From Planctomycetota bacterium (lineage in GTDB: Bacteria > Planctomycetota > Planctomycetia > JALXBF01): a DNA stretch of 20,000 nt. A program made the translations under genes and the position numbers. The DNA lies in assembly GCA_026991575.1 (NCBI GenBank), contig JALXBF010000105.1, positions 123,233-143,232 on the forward strand, read 5' to 3'. The notes under the pieces were generated by a model that was not told where the DNA came from, made no database searches, and saw nothing but the letters and a program-made list of their open reading frames with translations. Positions 1 to 9,113 of this stretch are shown here, in pieces. How positions within the stretch are numbered: position 1 is the stretch's first letter; each line of letters begins with the position of its first letter.

Positions 1-493
1 CCTCGTCGGCGGGCAGCCGGTCGGTGAAGTCCACGTCGATATACAGTAGGTCACGGATGGTGTTGTTGTATTCGACCCGGTTGAGCCGCCGGACCGTGAC
101 TCGTCCAGGCCGCGGTTCGCCACACTCGACGCCAAAAACATACCGCTCAATCCATTCCAGGATGACCCGTGCCTCTTCACGCGTCGGTTGCGGAGACTTC
201 GCCGGCGGCATCCGCTGGGCTTCGACCATGTCATAGACCAGCTCCCATGTATCCACGTCCCGGATCGCATCGGCCGCGGACCGGTAACGGCTCAGGTCGA
301 TATCCGCCTTCGCCTCTGGCCCTTCGTGGCATTCATTGCAGTACTTCTGCATCAGCGGCCGCACTTGTCGCACGAACGCGCCTGCGTCCGGGTCGCCTTT
401 GGCCTGCCCGCTCACCTGCGCAACGGCCGACCCCGACAGCGGAACAAGCAGGCAGCAGACGGTCACAAGCACGGCAAAGGGCTGCTTGGCCAT
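1..493 (-). CDS. Planctomycete cytochrome c / DUF1587-DUF1592-family exported protein, N-terminal part (continues past the left edge)
   Basis: Hand translation from ATG at 493, with GGAG upstream: MAKQPFAVLVTVCCLLVPLSGSAVAQ (signal-peptide-like), heme motif YCNECH (CNECH at 326-340), W...V....MPP distal Met, then GRVTVRRLNRVEYNNTIRDLL, typical of DUF1587 (PSD3). The frame is open to position 2. It is absent from the ORF track because there is no stop codon in the window. Confidence 0.88.
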   Translation of the reverse strand, partial: MAKQPFAVLVTVCCLLVPLSGSAVAQVSGQAKGDPDAGAFVRQVRPLMQKYCNECHEGPEAKADIDLSRYRSAADAIRDVDTWELVYDMVEAQRMPPAKSPQPTREEARVILEWIERYVFGVECGEPRPGRVTVRRLNRVEYNNTIRDLLYIDVDFTDRLPADE

Positions 494-594
494 CGTGATG
501 CTCCGGATACAGGCAATCGGGGATGGTCTTGCGGCGGGCGGATCAAGAACGGATTAGGGTCCTTGACGGATCAAGGCTTGCTTACGTCTACATC

Positions 595-623
595 ATGCTA
601 AGCGATCGCAACACCGCGAGCAA
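595..623 (-). promoter_or_regulatory. Possible sigma-70 promoter for the cytochrome/DUF1592 gene
   Basis: Minus strand reads TTGCTC-17 nt-TAGCAT, about 100 nt upstream of the ATG at 493. Confidence 0.3.
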
Positions 624-1319
624 CCCAAACGGGAATGCGGCACCTACGAGCCACTAACCGCCGGCAGTAGCACGCACGTTCCCCCCAGACGGTCACCCCC
701 TCAACCTGATTACGGCCATCGACCATGACGGCGGCGTCTTGTGAATATCACATGTGTGCAGAGACAGGCAGTCACCCGGCTACTTTATCCGCGACGATCG
801 CTGCCAGAGCAGGGTTCGGGTCGTAGCGTGGCACGTTCTTCCGACCCCCATGGAGCACCGCGGGTGGCAGCGGTGGCTGCGCGACCACTGTCGCCACATG
901 CTGACCCGTTACGGTCGCTGCGGGCGTTTCTGCACCGGAGCGGCGGTCGAACCCGCTTACAGCTCGGCGGCGCGTACGGTCTGATCAGCAGTCCCCGGCG
1001 TGACAGCAACCGCAGCACTACAACGAGCCGAACGTCTGCCCCCGACCTCCTGTGATCGGCCCTCGGCCTGGCTTCCGAACGTAGCACGGGTTCCAACTGA
1101 GCCTGCGTGTAGGCGGGCGGGGTGGCGGGCGGGCCAGGCGAGCAGCCGGCAGGTGTGCTTCCCGGCGAATCAGGTGGGGTGATGCGCGCCCTGCGCGCGC
1201 AGCCTCGGTAGACGGCTAGTCCGGTGGTTTGGGTTTCGCCACGGAAGGTCGATTCAGAGCGTTCGCGTAGCCATGCTGGTCTTGCCCACCCCGGCCCCAG
1301 ACGTCGTGTTGGCGACGGG

Positions 1320-2405
1320 CTATGCAGCGCTGGGATCGTTCGATTCTAGGAGTCCCAGGTCGCGGAGCTTGCGGTAGAGCGTGTTGCGGTTGATCCCGAG
1401 CCGCTCGGCCGCTTTGGTCTGTGTCCCGCCGCATTCGCGCATCACCTGCCGGATCAACTCGCGCTCCACCACCTCGATCGCCCGCTCGTACAGATCGCCG
1501 GCCAACGGGCCTGCCGTCTCGATCACCAACGACGCCAGGTCGCGGGCCAGCTGCGTGAGCTCCTGTTCGTGGGCCGGCCGGCGTCCGATGCGGAACGCCT
1601 GTTCGCCCCGCACCCTGGCCGGCAGGTCTTCCGGCGTGATCTCCTTGCCTTGCGCCAGCACGACGGCCCGGGCGATGGCATTCTGCAATTCGCGGACGTT
1701 GCCCGGCCAGTCGTACGCGAGCAAGACCTCCATTGTCGCGCGCCCGATTCTGAGCGGGGGCCGGTCGTAGTCGGCGCAGAATTGACGCACGAAGTAGCGT
1801 GCCAGCAGTGGGATATCCTCACGGCGTTCTCGGAGCGGGGGCAGATCGATCTGGACGACATTCAGTCGGTAGTAAAGGTCTTCACGAAACCGACCTTCGC
1901 GAATGAGCTGTTCCAGGTCGTGGTTCGTTGCGGCTACAACGCGCACGTCGACACGGATCGTCTGCGTGTCGCCCACCCGCTCAAATTCCCCCTCCTGCAA
2001 CACCCTCAACAGCTTTACCTGAAGCTGCAGGCTGGTGCTGCTGATCTCGTCCAGGAAGATCGATCCGGTATGGGCGGCTTCGAACCGGCCGGTCCGGTTG
2101 GCAATGGCTCCGGTGAACGCGCCTTTGACGTGTCCGAACAATTCGCTCTCCAGCAGCCCCTCGCTGAGCGCACCACAGTTGACGCGGATGAACGGGCCGG
2201 TCCGTCGCGGGCTCAGCGTGTGAATGGCCCGTGCCACAAGCTCTTTGCCCGTCCCGGTCTCACCCACCAGCAGCACGCTAGCGGAGCTGCGCGCGACGCA
2301 GCGGGTGATCTCAGCCACCTGCCGCATGGACCGACTGCGCGCAATGACACCTGGCAAAACCTCGTCGGTCTGCTCAACCTCGTCGAACCAATCAGCACTG
2401 GCCAT
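1320..2405 (-). CDS. Sigma-54-dependent enhancer-binding protein (AAA+ plus Fis-type HTH) with no N-terminal sensor or receiver domain
   Basis: Walker [22 protein letters not shown] loop, Walker [25 protein letters not shown], and C-terminal [21 protein letters not shown]. Only about 18 aa precede the AAA+ domain. Confidence 0.95.
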   Translation of the reverse strand: MASADWFDEVEQTDEVLPGVIARSRSMRQVAEITRCVARSSASVLLVGETGTGKELVARAIHTLSPRRTGPFIRVNCGALSEGLLESELFGHVKGAFTGAIANRTGRFEAAHTGSIFLDEISSTSLQLQVKLLRVLQEGEFERVGDTQTIRVDVRVVAATNHDLEQLIREGRFREDLYYRLNVVQIDLPPLRERREDIPLLARYFVRQFCADYDRPPLRIGRATMEVLLAYDWPGNVRELQNAIARAVVLAQGKEITPEDLPARVRGEQAFRIGRRPAHEQELTQLARDLASLVIETAGPLAGDLYERAIEVVERELIRQVMRECGGTQTKAAERLGINRNTLYRKLRDLGLLESNDPSAA

Positions 2406-2439
2406 GAAACCAAACCACCCCCGCCTCCCTCAGCTCCTC

Positions 2440-4719
2440 TCACTCAGCCTGCTGCTCGGCAGCGCGTGCCGCCGCCGTTGCGTTCTGAGCCGGAGCGTGG
2501 TAGCGAGGCACGGTAAACCGGAGAAGCACCTCCCGCTGGAATGACGGCTCACCGCCCAACGCGGCAGCCAACAACACTAGCTCGCGATAAAGCGGGGCGC
2601 CCAGCTCCTGGCGGCCACGCAACAGTTGCGTGAGTCGGTCCGTTGGCGCCGGCTCGACCAGCAGCCCGTGTCGGCGGATCGAGAACCGGGCCGCTCGGGC
2701 AGCTGCCGTGCGCAACGCGTCGCTGGCCGAACTGTCCACCACCAGTTCCAACAGCGCCGCCTGAGCCCCCGGGTCATCCAGGTAGCTAACTGCCTCCACC
2801 GCACGCAGCCCCACGACCGGGTCCCGCAGTGCCGCGATGAGTATGTCCTGCGCCCCGGAAGCGCTTAATGCGGGGATTTCGCCCCGAGCGATCGTCACGA
2901 GCCAGTCCGCCGCTCGCGTGGCAAGCTCCTGCATGGCCTGATCATCGAGTGGCCGCCGCACGCGGGCCAGTTCCTCCTGCAGCTGCTTAAACTGATCGAC
3001 ATCCTCAGGAAAGGCGGCCACCACGGTGCCCGGGTAGTCGTTCGTCAGGAAACGCCAGCGCGTCAGCTGATCGGCCGGGAGCAACACGACGACTGGAGCC
3101 ACGGACAAGATCGGGTCAAGGCGCAGGCGGGCCACCACATCGTTAAGCAGGCCGGGGAACGGGGGCATCAGCAAGATCGCCGGGGTTCGGACGGACACCG
3201 CTGCCCGTCCCAGTTCGCCCACGCTTGAAACAAGCGTCGCTTCCTGTCCCATCTCGCGAAGCAACCCTGCCAGCTGCTCGGCCCGTTCCCGATGCGGGCT
3301 GACGACGAACCAACGGGCTTGATGTCCGGCACCGCTGAGGTAGGCAGCCAGGCTTCGCACGATGCCGGACGAGCCGGGGAACGCACGGCTTGGCCGGGCG
3401 CGCAGCGCAAGCTCCAGGGCCGCAAGCCTCAGCCGCGCATCCGGCCAGTACAGCGCCTGCCGAATCACCTCCCGCGTTGCTCTGGTTCGAAACAGGCGAT
3501 CCGGCCGTCCGACCTCAGCCCAGACGGTCAGAATGGTCTCAGCCAGAGCGATGCGGCGCTGTTGCAGAGCCAGCGCTAGCGCCTGGCTAAGAGCGACCTC
3601 ACCGCCAAGCGCCGCAGCACTGACGGGCCCGAGCAGCTCAGGCCGGTTGTCATTGAGCTGAGCTACCGGTTGCTGAGACGGAACCAACTCCAGGGCCGCG
3701 GCAATCACCAGCGCGCGCGCACGTGCAGACGATGGCCACAGCTCATACGCGCGCCGCGCAAATTGCACCGTTAAGTACAGGTCGGCGTACTCGGGCGAAA
3801 CGCGCCTCGCTTGCAGGCCCTCCGTCTCCGACCATCGCCACAGCCGAACCATACCGTCGGGTGGTTCAGGCAACCAGTGGTGCTCGTGCTTGAAGTGATG
3901 CTCGGCCAGGGCTGTCAAGTCTTTGTACGCCGCAGGCAGTCCTTTGTAGGATCGCCGCAAGATCGCTTCGATCGCCCGTTTGGCGCCCACGCGGACCGCC
4001 TCGGAAACCGTCTCCGCCTCGGCGTAGTAGCGCAAGACCCGGGCCGTATACGCGTTGCCGATATGGCCGAGCACGTAGAGTACGTCGGTGACGAGGTCTA
4101 TCCTTCTGCTGTCGAGCACGGCAAGCAGTGGGGGGATGGCTGTGTCGGACAGGCCCGTCATCGCTTGTACGACGCGCGCCCGCTCCGGTCCCTGCGGCAG
4201 GCGCGTCAGTTCGGCGATCAACAGGGGCACGGCATCCGCTCCGGCAGCCCGAAGCTGCTCGATGGCGTAGCTGCGGTGCGCCGGGCTGCGGTGCAAGTAG
4301 CCGATCATCTTGCGGATGCGATTCGGGTCGGTGGCATGAGCCCGCACGGCGGTCTCCACGCGGCGGAGCAGCTCTAGTGCGGGCTCGCGGAGCATGGGTG
4401 AGTTCTTCATGCGCGCCAGCACGCCATAATCTTCGCTCTCGCCGATCTTGCGAAGCAGTTCGGCCGGTATCTTGGCGCCGAGCAACTGGGTTAGGAACCC
4501 GCGGGCCTGCTCAAGCTGACCGACCGTGAACATGAACTTGGCCGCGTCCCAGAGTTCTTCTGGTGTCTGCGGGATCTTCAGCAGCTCATACGGACCAGCG
4601 CCCCCCTCATCATCGCCACGGCCTCCTGGCTCCTGGGCTCGGCTGACGTTGACAGCGAAGACCAGGCTAGAAAGGAGTGCTATGAAACAGGCTGTCGCGC
4701 TGTTGTGGCTCACCGGCAT
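2440..4719 (-). CDS. Large HEAT/helical-repeat protein with probable signal peptide and a C-terminal receiver-like segment
   Basis: 759 aa from ATG 4719 (GGGAGA RBS, 10 nt after the lysA stop). N-terminus has a hydrophobic stretch ending in VSRA-Q. HEAT-like units include AIEQLRAAGADAVPLLIAEL, AIPPLLAVLDS and VLYVLGHIG. Confidence 0.75.
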   Translation of the reverse strand: MPVSHNSATACFIALLSSLVFAVNVSRAQEPGGRGDDEGGAGPYELLKIPQTPEELWDAAKFMFTVGQLEQARGFLTQLLGAKIPAELLRKIGESEDYGVLARMKNSPMLREPALELLRRVETAVRAHATDPNRIRKMIGYLHRSPAHRSYAIEQLRAAGADAVPLLIAELTRLPQGPERARVVQAMTGLSDTAIPPLLAVLDSRRIDLVTDVLYVLGHIGNAYTARVLRYYAEAETVSEAVRVGAKRAIEAILRRSYKGLPAAYKDLTALAEHHFKHEHHWLPEPPDGMVRLWRWSETEGLQARRVSPEYADLYLTVQFARRAYELWPSSARARALVIAAALELVPSQQPVAQLNDNRPELLGPVSAAALGGEVALSQALALALQQRRIALAETILTVWAEVGRPDRLFRTRATREVIRQALYWPDARLRLAALELALRARPSRAFPGSSGIVRSLAAYLSGAGHQARWFVVSPHRERAEQLAGLLREMGQEATLVSSVGELGRAAVSVRTPAILLMPPFPGLLNDVVARLRLDPILSVAPVVVLLPADQLTRWRFLTNDYPGTVVAAFPEDVDQFKQLQEELARVRRPLDDQAMQELATRAADWLVTIARGEIPALSASGAQDILIAALRDPVVGLRAVEAVSYLDDPGAQAALLELVVDSSASDALRTAAARAARFSIRRHGLLVEPAPTDRLTQLLRGRQELGAPLYRELVLLAAALGGEPSFQREVLLRFTVPRYHAPAQNATAAARAAEQQAE

Positions 4720-4729
4720 GTTCTCCCGA

Positions 4730-6049
4730 CTAGTGCGGCTCCAGACGGACGTCAACGTCTCGTGCTCCGACGGCCAGCTCCGGGCCGACTAGATCCTCGT
4801 ATGTTTCACGGCGTCGGACGAGCCAGTAGCGCGAGCCGGCAACCAGAACTTCCGCGGCTCGCGGCCTAGCGTTGTAGTTCGAGCTCATGCTCATGCCGTA
4901 GGCACCTGCCGAGAACACGGCAAGCAGGGCACCGTTTTCCAGCTGCGGCAAGGGCCGCTCAAGTGCGAAGAAGTCGCCCGATTCACACACCGGCCCAACC
5001 ACGTCCCACGGCTCCGTCCCCGGTATGGCCTGCTCATAATCGTCCGGCGGTGCCGGTAGCCCCTCCGGTACGGTCACCGGCCAGATTCGATGGAACGCCT
5101 GATACAGCGCGGGCCGCATCAGGTCATTCATTGCCGCGTCCTGGATCAAGAAGCGTCGGTCTCCCGCTACCTTACGGTACAACACGCGACTAACCAGGAT
5201 GCCCGCATTGCCGACGATGTAGCGTCCCGGTTCCAGCAACAGGCGGCAGCCGGTGCGTGCCACGTGCGGCAGAATCTGCTCGGCAAACTCCTTCGCCGGC
5301 CGCCCCTCACGGCCGCGGTAATGGATACCGAAGCCACCGCCGGTGTTGAACCACGCGATCGGATGGCCGGCGTCTTTCAGCCGCAGCGCAAAGTCGGCCA
5401 CACGCTCAGCCGCCGTCCCGTACACTTTCGGTTCGGTGATCTGCGACCCGATGTGCATATGCACCCCCTCGATACGCACCGCCGCAACCCTCTGGAGCCG
5501 ATCGGCCAGCGCGGCGGCACGCTCCAGGTCCATGCCGAACTTCGTCTCCTTCTTTCCGGTGGTGATATAGCGGTGTGTCCGCGGGTCGACGTCCGGATTG
5601 ACCCGCAGGGCGATGCGGGCAGGACTGCCCAAGAGCTCCGCCTGTCGTGCGATCTCCTCCGCCTCTTCCTCGCTCTCCACCTCCAACAGCAACACGTCCT
5701 TCTCCAGCGCGTAGCGAATCTCCTCGGGCGTCTTGCCGACACCGGCGAACACGGTCCGCTGCGGGTCGCCGCCCGCGACCAGCACTCGGTACAACTCGCC
5801 CCCGGAGACCACATCGAATCCGGCACCACGTTCGGTCATCAGTCGTAGGATCGCGAGGTTGCCGTTGGCTTTTACCGAATAGCACACCAGCGGGTCGGCC
5901 TCGGCGAACGCTGACCGTAGCTGCTGATAGTGATGCAGGATCGTCCGGGCGCTGTAGATCCACAGCGGCGTGCCGAATTCGGCAGCAAGTCTCGCGACGG
6001 GAACATCTTCGCAGTACAGCTCGCGGTCTCGGTAGGTGAAAAAGTCCAT
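4730..6049 (-). CDS. lysA: Diaminopimelate decarboxylase
   Basis: PLP lysine motif YSVKAN, FDVVSGGEL, RVNPDVD, TGKKETKFG, HMHIGSQI, GGGFG, EPGR, VGPVCESGD and GAYGMSMSSNYN. Start placed at MDFFTYRDRELYCEDV (6049). Confidence 0.96.
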   Translation of the reverse strand: MDFFTYRDRELYCEDVPVARLAAEFGTPLWIYSARTILHHYQQLRSAFAEADPLVCYSVKANGNLAILRLMTERGAGFDVVSGGELYRVLVAGGDPQRTVFAGVGKTPEEIRYALEKDVLLLEVESEEEAEEIARQAELLGSPARIALRVNPDVDPRTHRYITTGKKETKFGMDLERAAALADRLQRVAAVRIEGVHMHIGSQITEPKVYGTAAERVADFALRLKDAGHPIAWFNTGGGFGIHYRGREGRPAKEFAEQILPHVARTGCRLLLEPGRYIVGNAGILVSRVLYRKVAGDRRFLIQDAAMNDLMRPALYQAFHRIWPVTVPEGLPAPPDDYEQAIPGTEPWDVVGPVCESGDFFALERPLPQLENGALLAVFSAGAYGMSMSSNYNARPRAAEVLVAGSRYWLVRRRETYEDLVGPELAVGARDVDVRLEPH

Positions 6050-6175
6050 GGGCTTCCCAGACTTGCTGTACTTCCCGGCTAGCTCACTTACCGCCAATTG
6101 TACGGCACGGCGGCTCGGCTCTCAGCGGCCCGATGCGTTGCAGTTCGGGACACGGTCCGCACCAGCACGCCTGCC

Positions 6176-7696
6176 TCAGCGCCCGGACGCAGAGCCGGCC
6201 GGGCTGCCGAGCCAGTCGCGGACGGTGGCAAGCAGAATGCCGACCAGCAGGATCGTGAGCGTGCCCACGACCGTCGTCATCAGACTGCTGAACGGCGCGC
6301 GCAGCGGCGGTGGCATCCAAGGCGCCTGCGAGAAGCTGATCCAGGCGATCACCAACACACCCACCGTCACACTGATCGCGGCAATCGGGCTGGTTGCACG
6401 GCGCGAAATCACACCGAGCAGAAACAGGCCGAGCATTGCGCCGGCAAACACACCGGAAAGATCCCACCAAATCCGCAACAGGTTTCGGTCATCATACGAC
6501 AACGCCACAGCCACCACCGTCCCGACCACGCCCCAGAAGACCGTCGCACCGCGAAGCACAGCCATCTTGGCCCGCTCGCTACCATGAACCGCAATCGGCC
6601 GGCAGATGTCCCTGAGGGTGATCGTGGCCGAGCTGTTCAGGCTCGTGTCGATCGTGCTCATGGCCGCCGCAAACAGGGCAGCCACCAAGAGGCCGCCAAC
6701 CCCGACCGGGAGGTTGCTCGCCATGTAGTGTGGCAATGCGAAGTCGCCCACCGCCTCTGGCCTCCCCGCTTCACGGGCCAGCGCCACAACCTGCTGGCGC
6801 TGCTCCGGATGGGCCTCGTAGTACGCGAACAGAAGCGTGCCGATGAGAAAGAAAACTGCAGAGACGGGGATGTAGGTGAGGGCACCGAACCAGAGGGAAC
6901 GGCGCGCAGCGGCGATGGACCGAGCCGTGTGGTAACGCTGGATGTAGTTCTGATCGATGCCGAAGTTGGTCAGGTTAATGAAAAAACCGTAGGCGAACAC
7001 CACCCAGAACGTCCGCTGGCTCACGTCCAGCGCAAAGCTGCCCAGGGAGAACTTGTCATAAGCCACTGCCGTGCGGAACAGCTCCGGCGCCGCGGGCTCG
7101 CCTGCCAGCAACGTGATGACCACCAGCACCGCACCGGCGCTCAGCACAAGGCTCTGCATCACGTCCGTCCATATCACCGCTTCGATGCCACCGACCAGCG
7201 TGTAGAACGTGACCAACACGCCGGTCACGACAATGATCCACCGGATGTCCCAACCGGTCACCGCATGCATGCCGAGTGAGACACCCAGCAGGATCGTGCC
7301 GGTGCGAGCCACCTGGGTCAGCAGATAGCACACGACCGCGTAGATCCGGGCCCAGGGCCCGAAGCGGCGCTCAAGGTGGTGGTACGCGGAAATCTCGCCG
7401 CTGTTGCGGTACAGCGGCACAAACCAGCGGGCCGCCACCCAGGCACCGAACGGCAGGGTCAAGCTGAAGACGAAGAAGCTCCAGTTCTCGTCGTACGCCT
7501 TGCCCGGATTCCCGATAAACGTGTTGCTGGACAGGAACGTGCCAAAAAGCGACAGGCCCACCGCCCACGCCGGCAGCCGGCCGCCCGCAGCCATGAACTC
7601 ATGCGTCGTTCGGCTCCGTCGTCCTAGCCAGCAGCCCAGCACGACGACGGCAGCAACGTAGACGACGAGGACCAGCGTGTCGATCGCAGAGCTCAC
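6176..7696 (-). CDS. Sodium:solute symporter (SSS/SLC5), SiaT/NIS-like subfamily; sugar or sugar-acid substrate likely
   Basis: About 13 hydrophobic segments. Motifs EFMAAGGRLPAWAVGLSLFGTFLSSNTF, YHHLERRFG, YTLVGGIEAVIWTD, DQNYIQRY and AAAMSTIDTSLNS. Start placed at GTG 7696, downstream of AGGAG. Confidence 0.92.
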   Translation of the reverse strand: MSSAIDTLVLVVYVAAVVVLGCWLGRRSRTTHEFMAAGGRLPAWAVGLSLFGTFLSSNTFIGNPGKAYDENWSFFVFSLTLPFGAWVAARWFVPLYRNSGEISAYHHLERRFGPWARIYAVVCYLLTQVARTGTILLGVSLGMHAVTGWDIRWIIVVTGVLVTFYTLVGGIEAVIWTDVMQSLVLSAGAVLVVITLLAGEPAAPELFRTAVAYDKFSLGSFALDVSQRTFWVVFAYGFFINLTNFGIDQNYIQRYHTARSIAAARRSLWFGALTYIPVSAVFFLIGTLLFAYYEAHPEQRQQVVALAREAGRPEAVGDFALPHYMASNLPVGVGGLLVAALFAAAMSTIDTSLNSSATITLRDICRPIAVHGSERAKMAVLRGATVFWGVVGTVVAVALSYDDRNLLRIWWDLSGVFAGAMLGLFLLGVISRRATSPIAAISVTVGVLVIAWISFSQAPWMPPPLRAPFSSLMTTVVGTLTILLVGILLATVRDWLGSPAGSASGR

Positions 7697-7955
7697 GGCA
7701 ACATTTCTCCTACCGGTGTCCCGACTCCCCGGCCCTTTGCTGCTGCCACCCCGCAGCTCGTCACGCAGAGCCGTGCCATTGTAGCGTGGCGGCTCAGCGC
7801 CCCGATCGCACCACAGGGCTCGGCCTGCAGCGGCAGCAGAGCGCACAGGGGCCGCTCCGTCACCCCGTCCTTGCACTTACCCTGTCCCCCCCCAGTTGAA
7901 CTGAGCCCTCTTATCCCGAACGACCCCCCGGAACAGCACAGGTGGACGTTTCCTA

Positions 7956-7988
7956 CTGGCGTGCCAAGTGCCTGCGAACGGCTAGAAT
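7956..7988 (+). promoter_or_regulatory. Candidate promoter for the aldolase gene: sigma-54-like -24/-12 site overlapping a sigma-70-like site
   Basis: CTGGCGTGCCAAGTGC has GG (7958-59), N10, GC (7970-71). GTGCCA-16 nt-TAGAAT (TAGAAT at 7983-7988) is also present. Confidence 0.35.
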
Positions 7989-8060
7989 GCAGGCAATGCC
8001 TGCGACAGAATCGAAGCAGGACGTGACGAACCGCGCAGCCGAGCCAACGGGGTGGGACTT

Positions 8061-9020
8061 ATGACGCCGAGAAGCCCGCGGGGCATCGTAACCCCTCTTC
8101 TGACCCCAATTCTGCAGGAGGACGAACTCGACAGGGATGCGGTGCGGAAATTGATTGCCCACCAGGTAGCCGCCGGCGTCAACGGGCTTCTGCTCCTGGG
8201 AACCACCGGCGAGGGGCCCGCGGTGTGTTCGGACCTCTTTGGCGAACTGGTGGATAGGACAGTGTGGGAGTTAAAGGAACTCAATGCGGACATTCCCGTC
8301 TACGTCGCAGTGTTGTCGTGTTCTATGGCCGACCTCGGAATCCTCACCGACGTTGCCCAAGGCGTAGGCGCAGCAGGCGTCTTCGTCTGCGCACCGTTTT
8401 ATTACCGCCTAAACCGTGACGAACTGCGTCGGTGGTTTCTCGATGCCGTGGCCAAGAGCTCTCTGCCGATTATCCTCTACAACAATCCGGCCTACACCGG
8501 CGTCTCCATCGATCTCGACATCCTGGCCGATCTTATGGAGGCCGAGCATGTGCTTGGCCTCAAGGACAGTTCCGGCGATCTGGAGTATCTGACCAGCGTC
8601 ATTGAGCTGGCGGCGCGGCGGCGGCCGGACTGGGGCATCCTCGTAGGTGAGGAACAGATCCTCGTCGAAGCACTCCGCCGCGGCGCGAGCGGAGCGGTAC
8701 CCGGGGGCGCAAACCTGGTACCGGGGCTCTTTGTCGATCTGTTCAACGCTCACCGGCGCGGCGACGAGGAAACGGTCAACCGGCTGGTCGCCCAGGTCGA
8801 GCAACTTGAGCAGCTGTACGCGATCGCCGGTGGCCAGATGGCCCCGACCCGCGCACTGAAGGCCGCATTGCACCGATTGGGCATTGGAAACGGTCTGGTT
8901 GCTTCCCCGTTCTCCCCCCTCGGGACCGCGCAGCTTGAGCAGGTAGACCAGTGGTTGAGGTCATTCCAGGGGGAGGAGTACTTGCCGCGGCCTTCTGAGC
9001 AGCGCACCGGCACGCAGTGA
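8061..9020 (+). CDS. Dihydrodipicolinate synthase / N-acetylneuraminate lyase family class I aldolase (probably catabolic, not DapA)
   Basis: GIVTPLLTP, LLGTTGEG, APFYY, ILYNNP, Schiff-base lysine in GLKDSSGD, and GAVPGGANL. Confidence 0.9.
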   Translation: MTPRSPRGIVTPLLTPILQEDELDRDAVRKLIAHQVAAGVNGLLLLGTTGEGPAVCSDLFGELVDRTVWELKELNADIPVYVAVLSCSMADLGILTDVAQGVGAAGVFVCAPFYYRLNRDELRRWFLDAVAKSSLPIILYNNPAYTGVSIDLDILADLMEAEHVLGLKDSSGDLEYLTSVIELAARRRPDWGILVGEEQILVEALRRGASGAVPGGANLVPGLFVDLFNAHRRGDEETVNRLVAQVEQLEQLYAIAGGQMAPTRALKAALHRLGIGNGLVASPFSPLGTAQLEQVDQWLRSFQGEEYLPRPSEQRTGTQ

Positions 9021-9113
9021 CGGCTCGCCGGCCTGCGAGTTCGAACTACAATCGACGCCGAAGCGACGTCACCGTAAGAGCGTACCTCTGGCAAGTTGTT
9101 CGGAGTCGTCCCC

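Noticed and set aside
828..845. TGGCACG sigma-54 -24 element in the spacer
   Set aside because: The -12 position reads CG rather than GC, and no + strand gene follows.
741..1096. Small ORFs in the spacer (741-1055, 754-984, 785-1096)
   Set aside because: No clear RBS, Arg/Pro/Ser-rich composition typical of random GC-rich frames, and no recognisable family.
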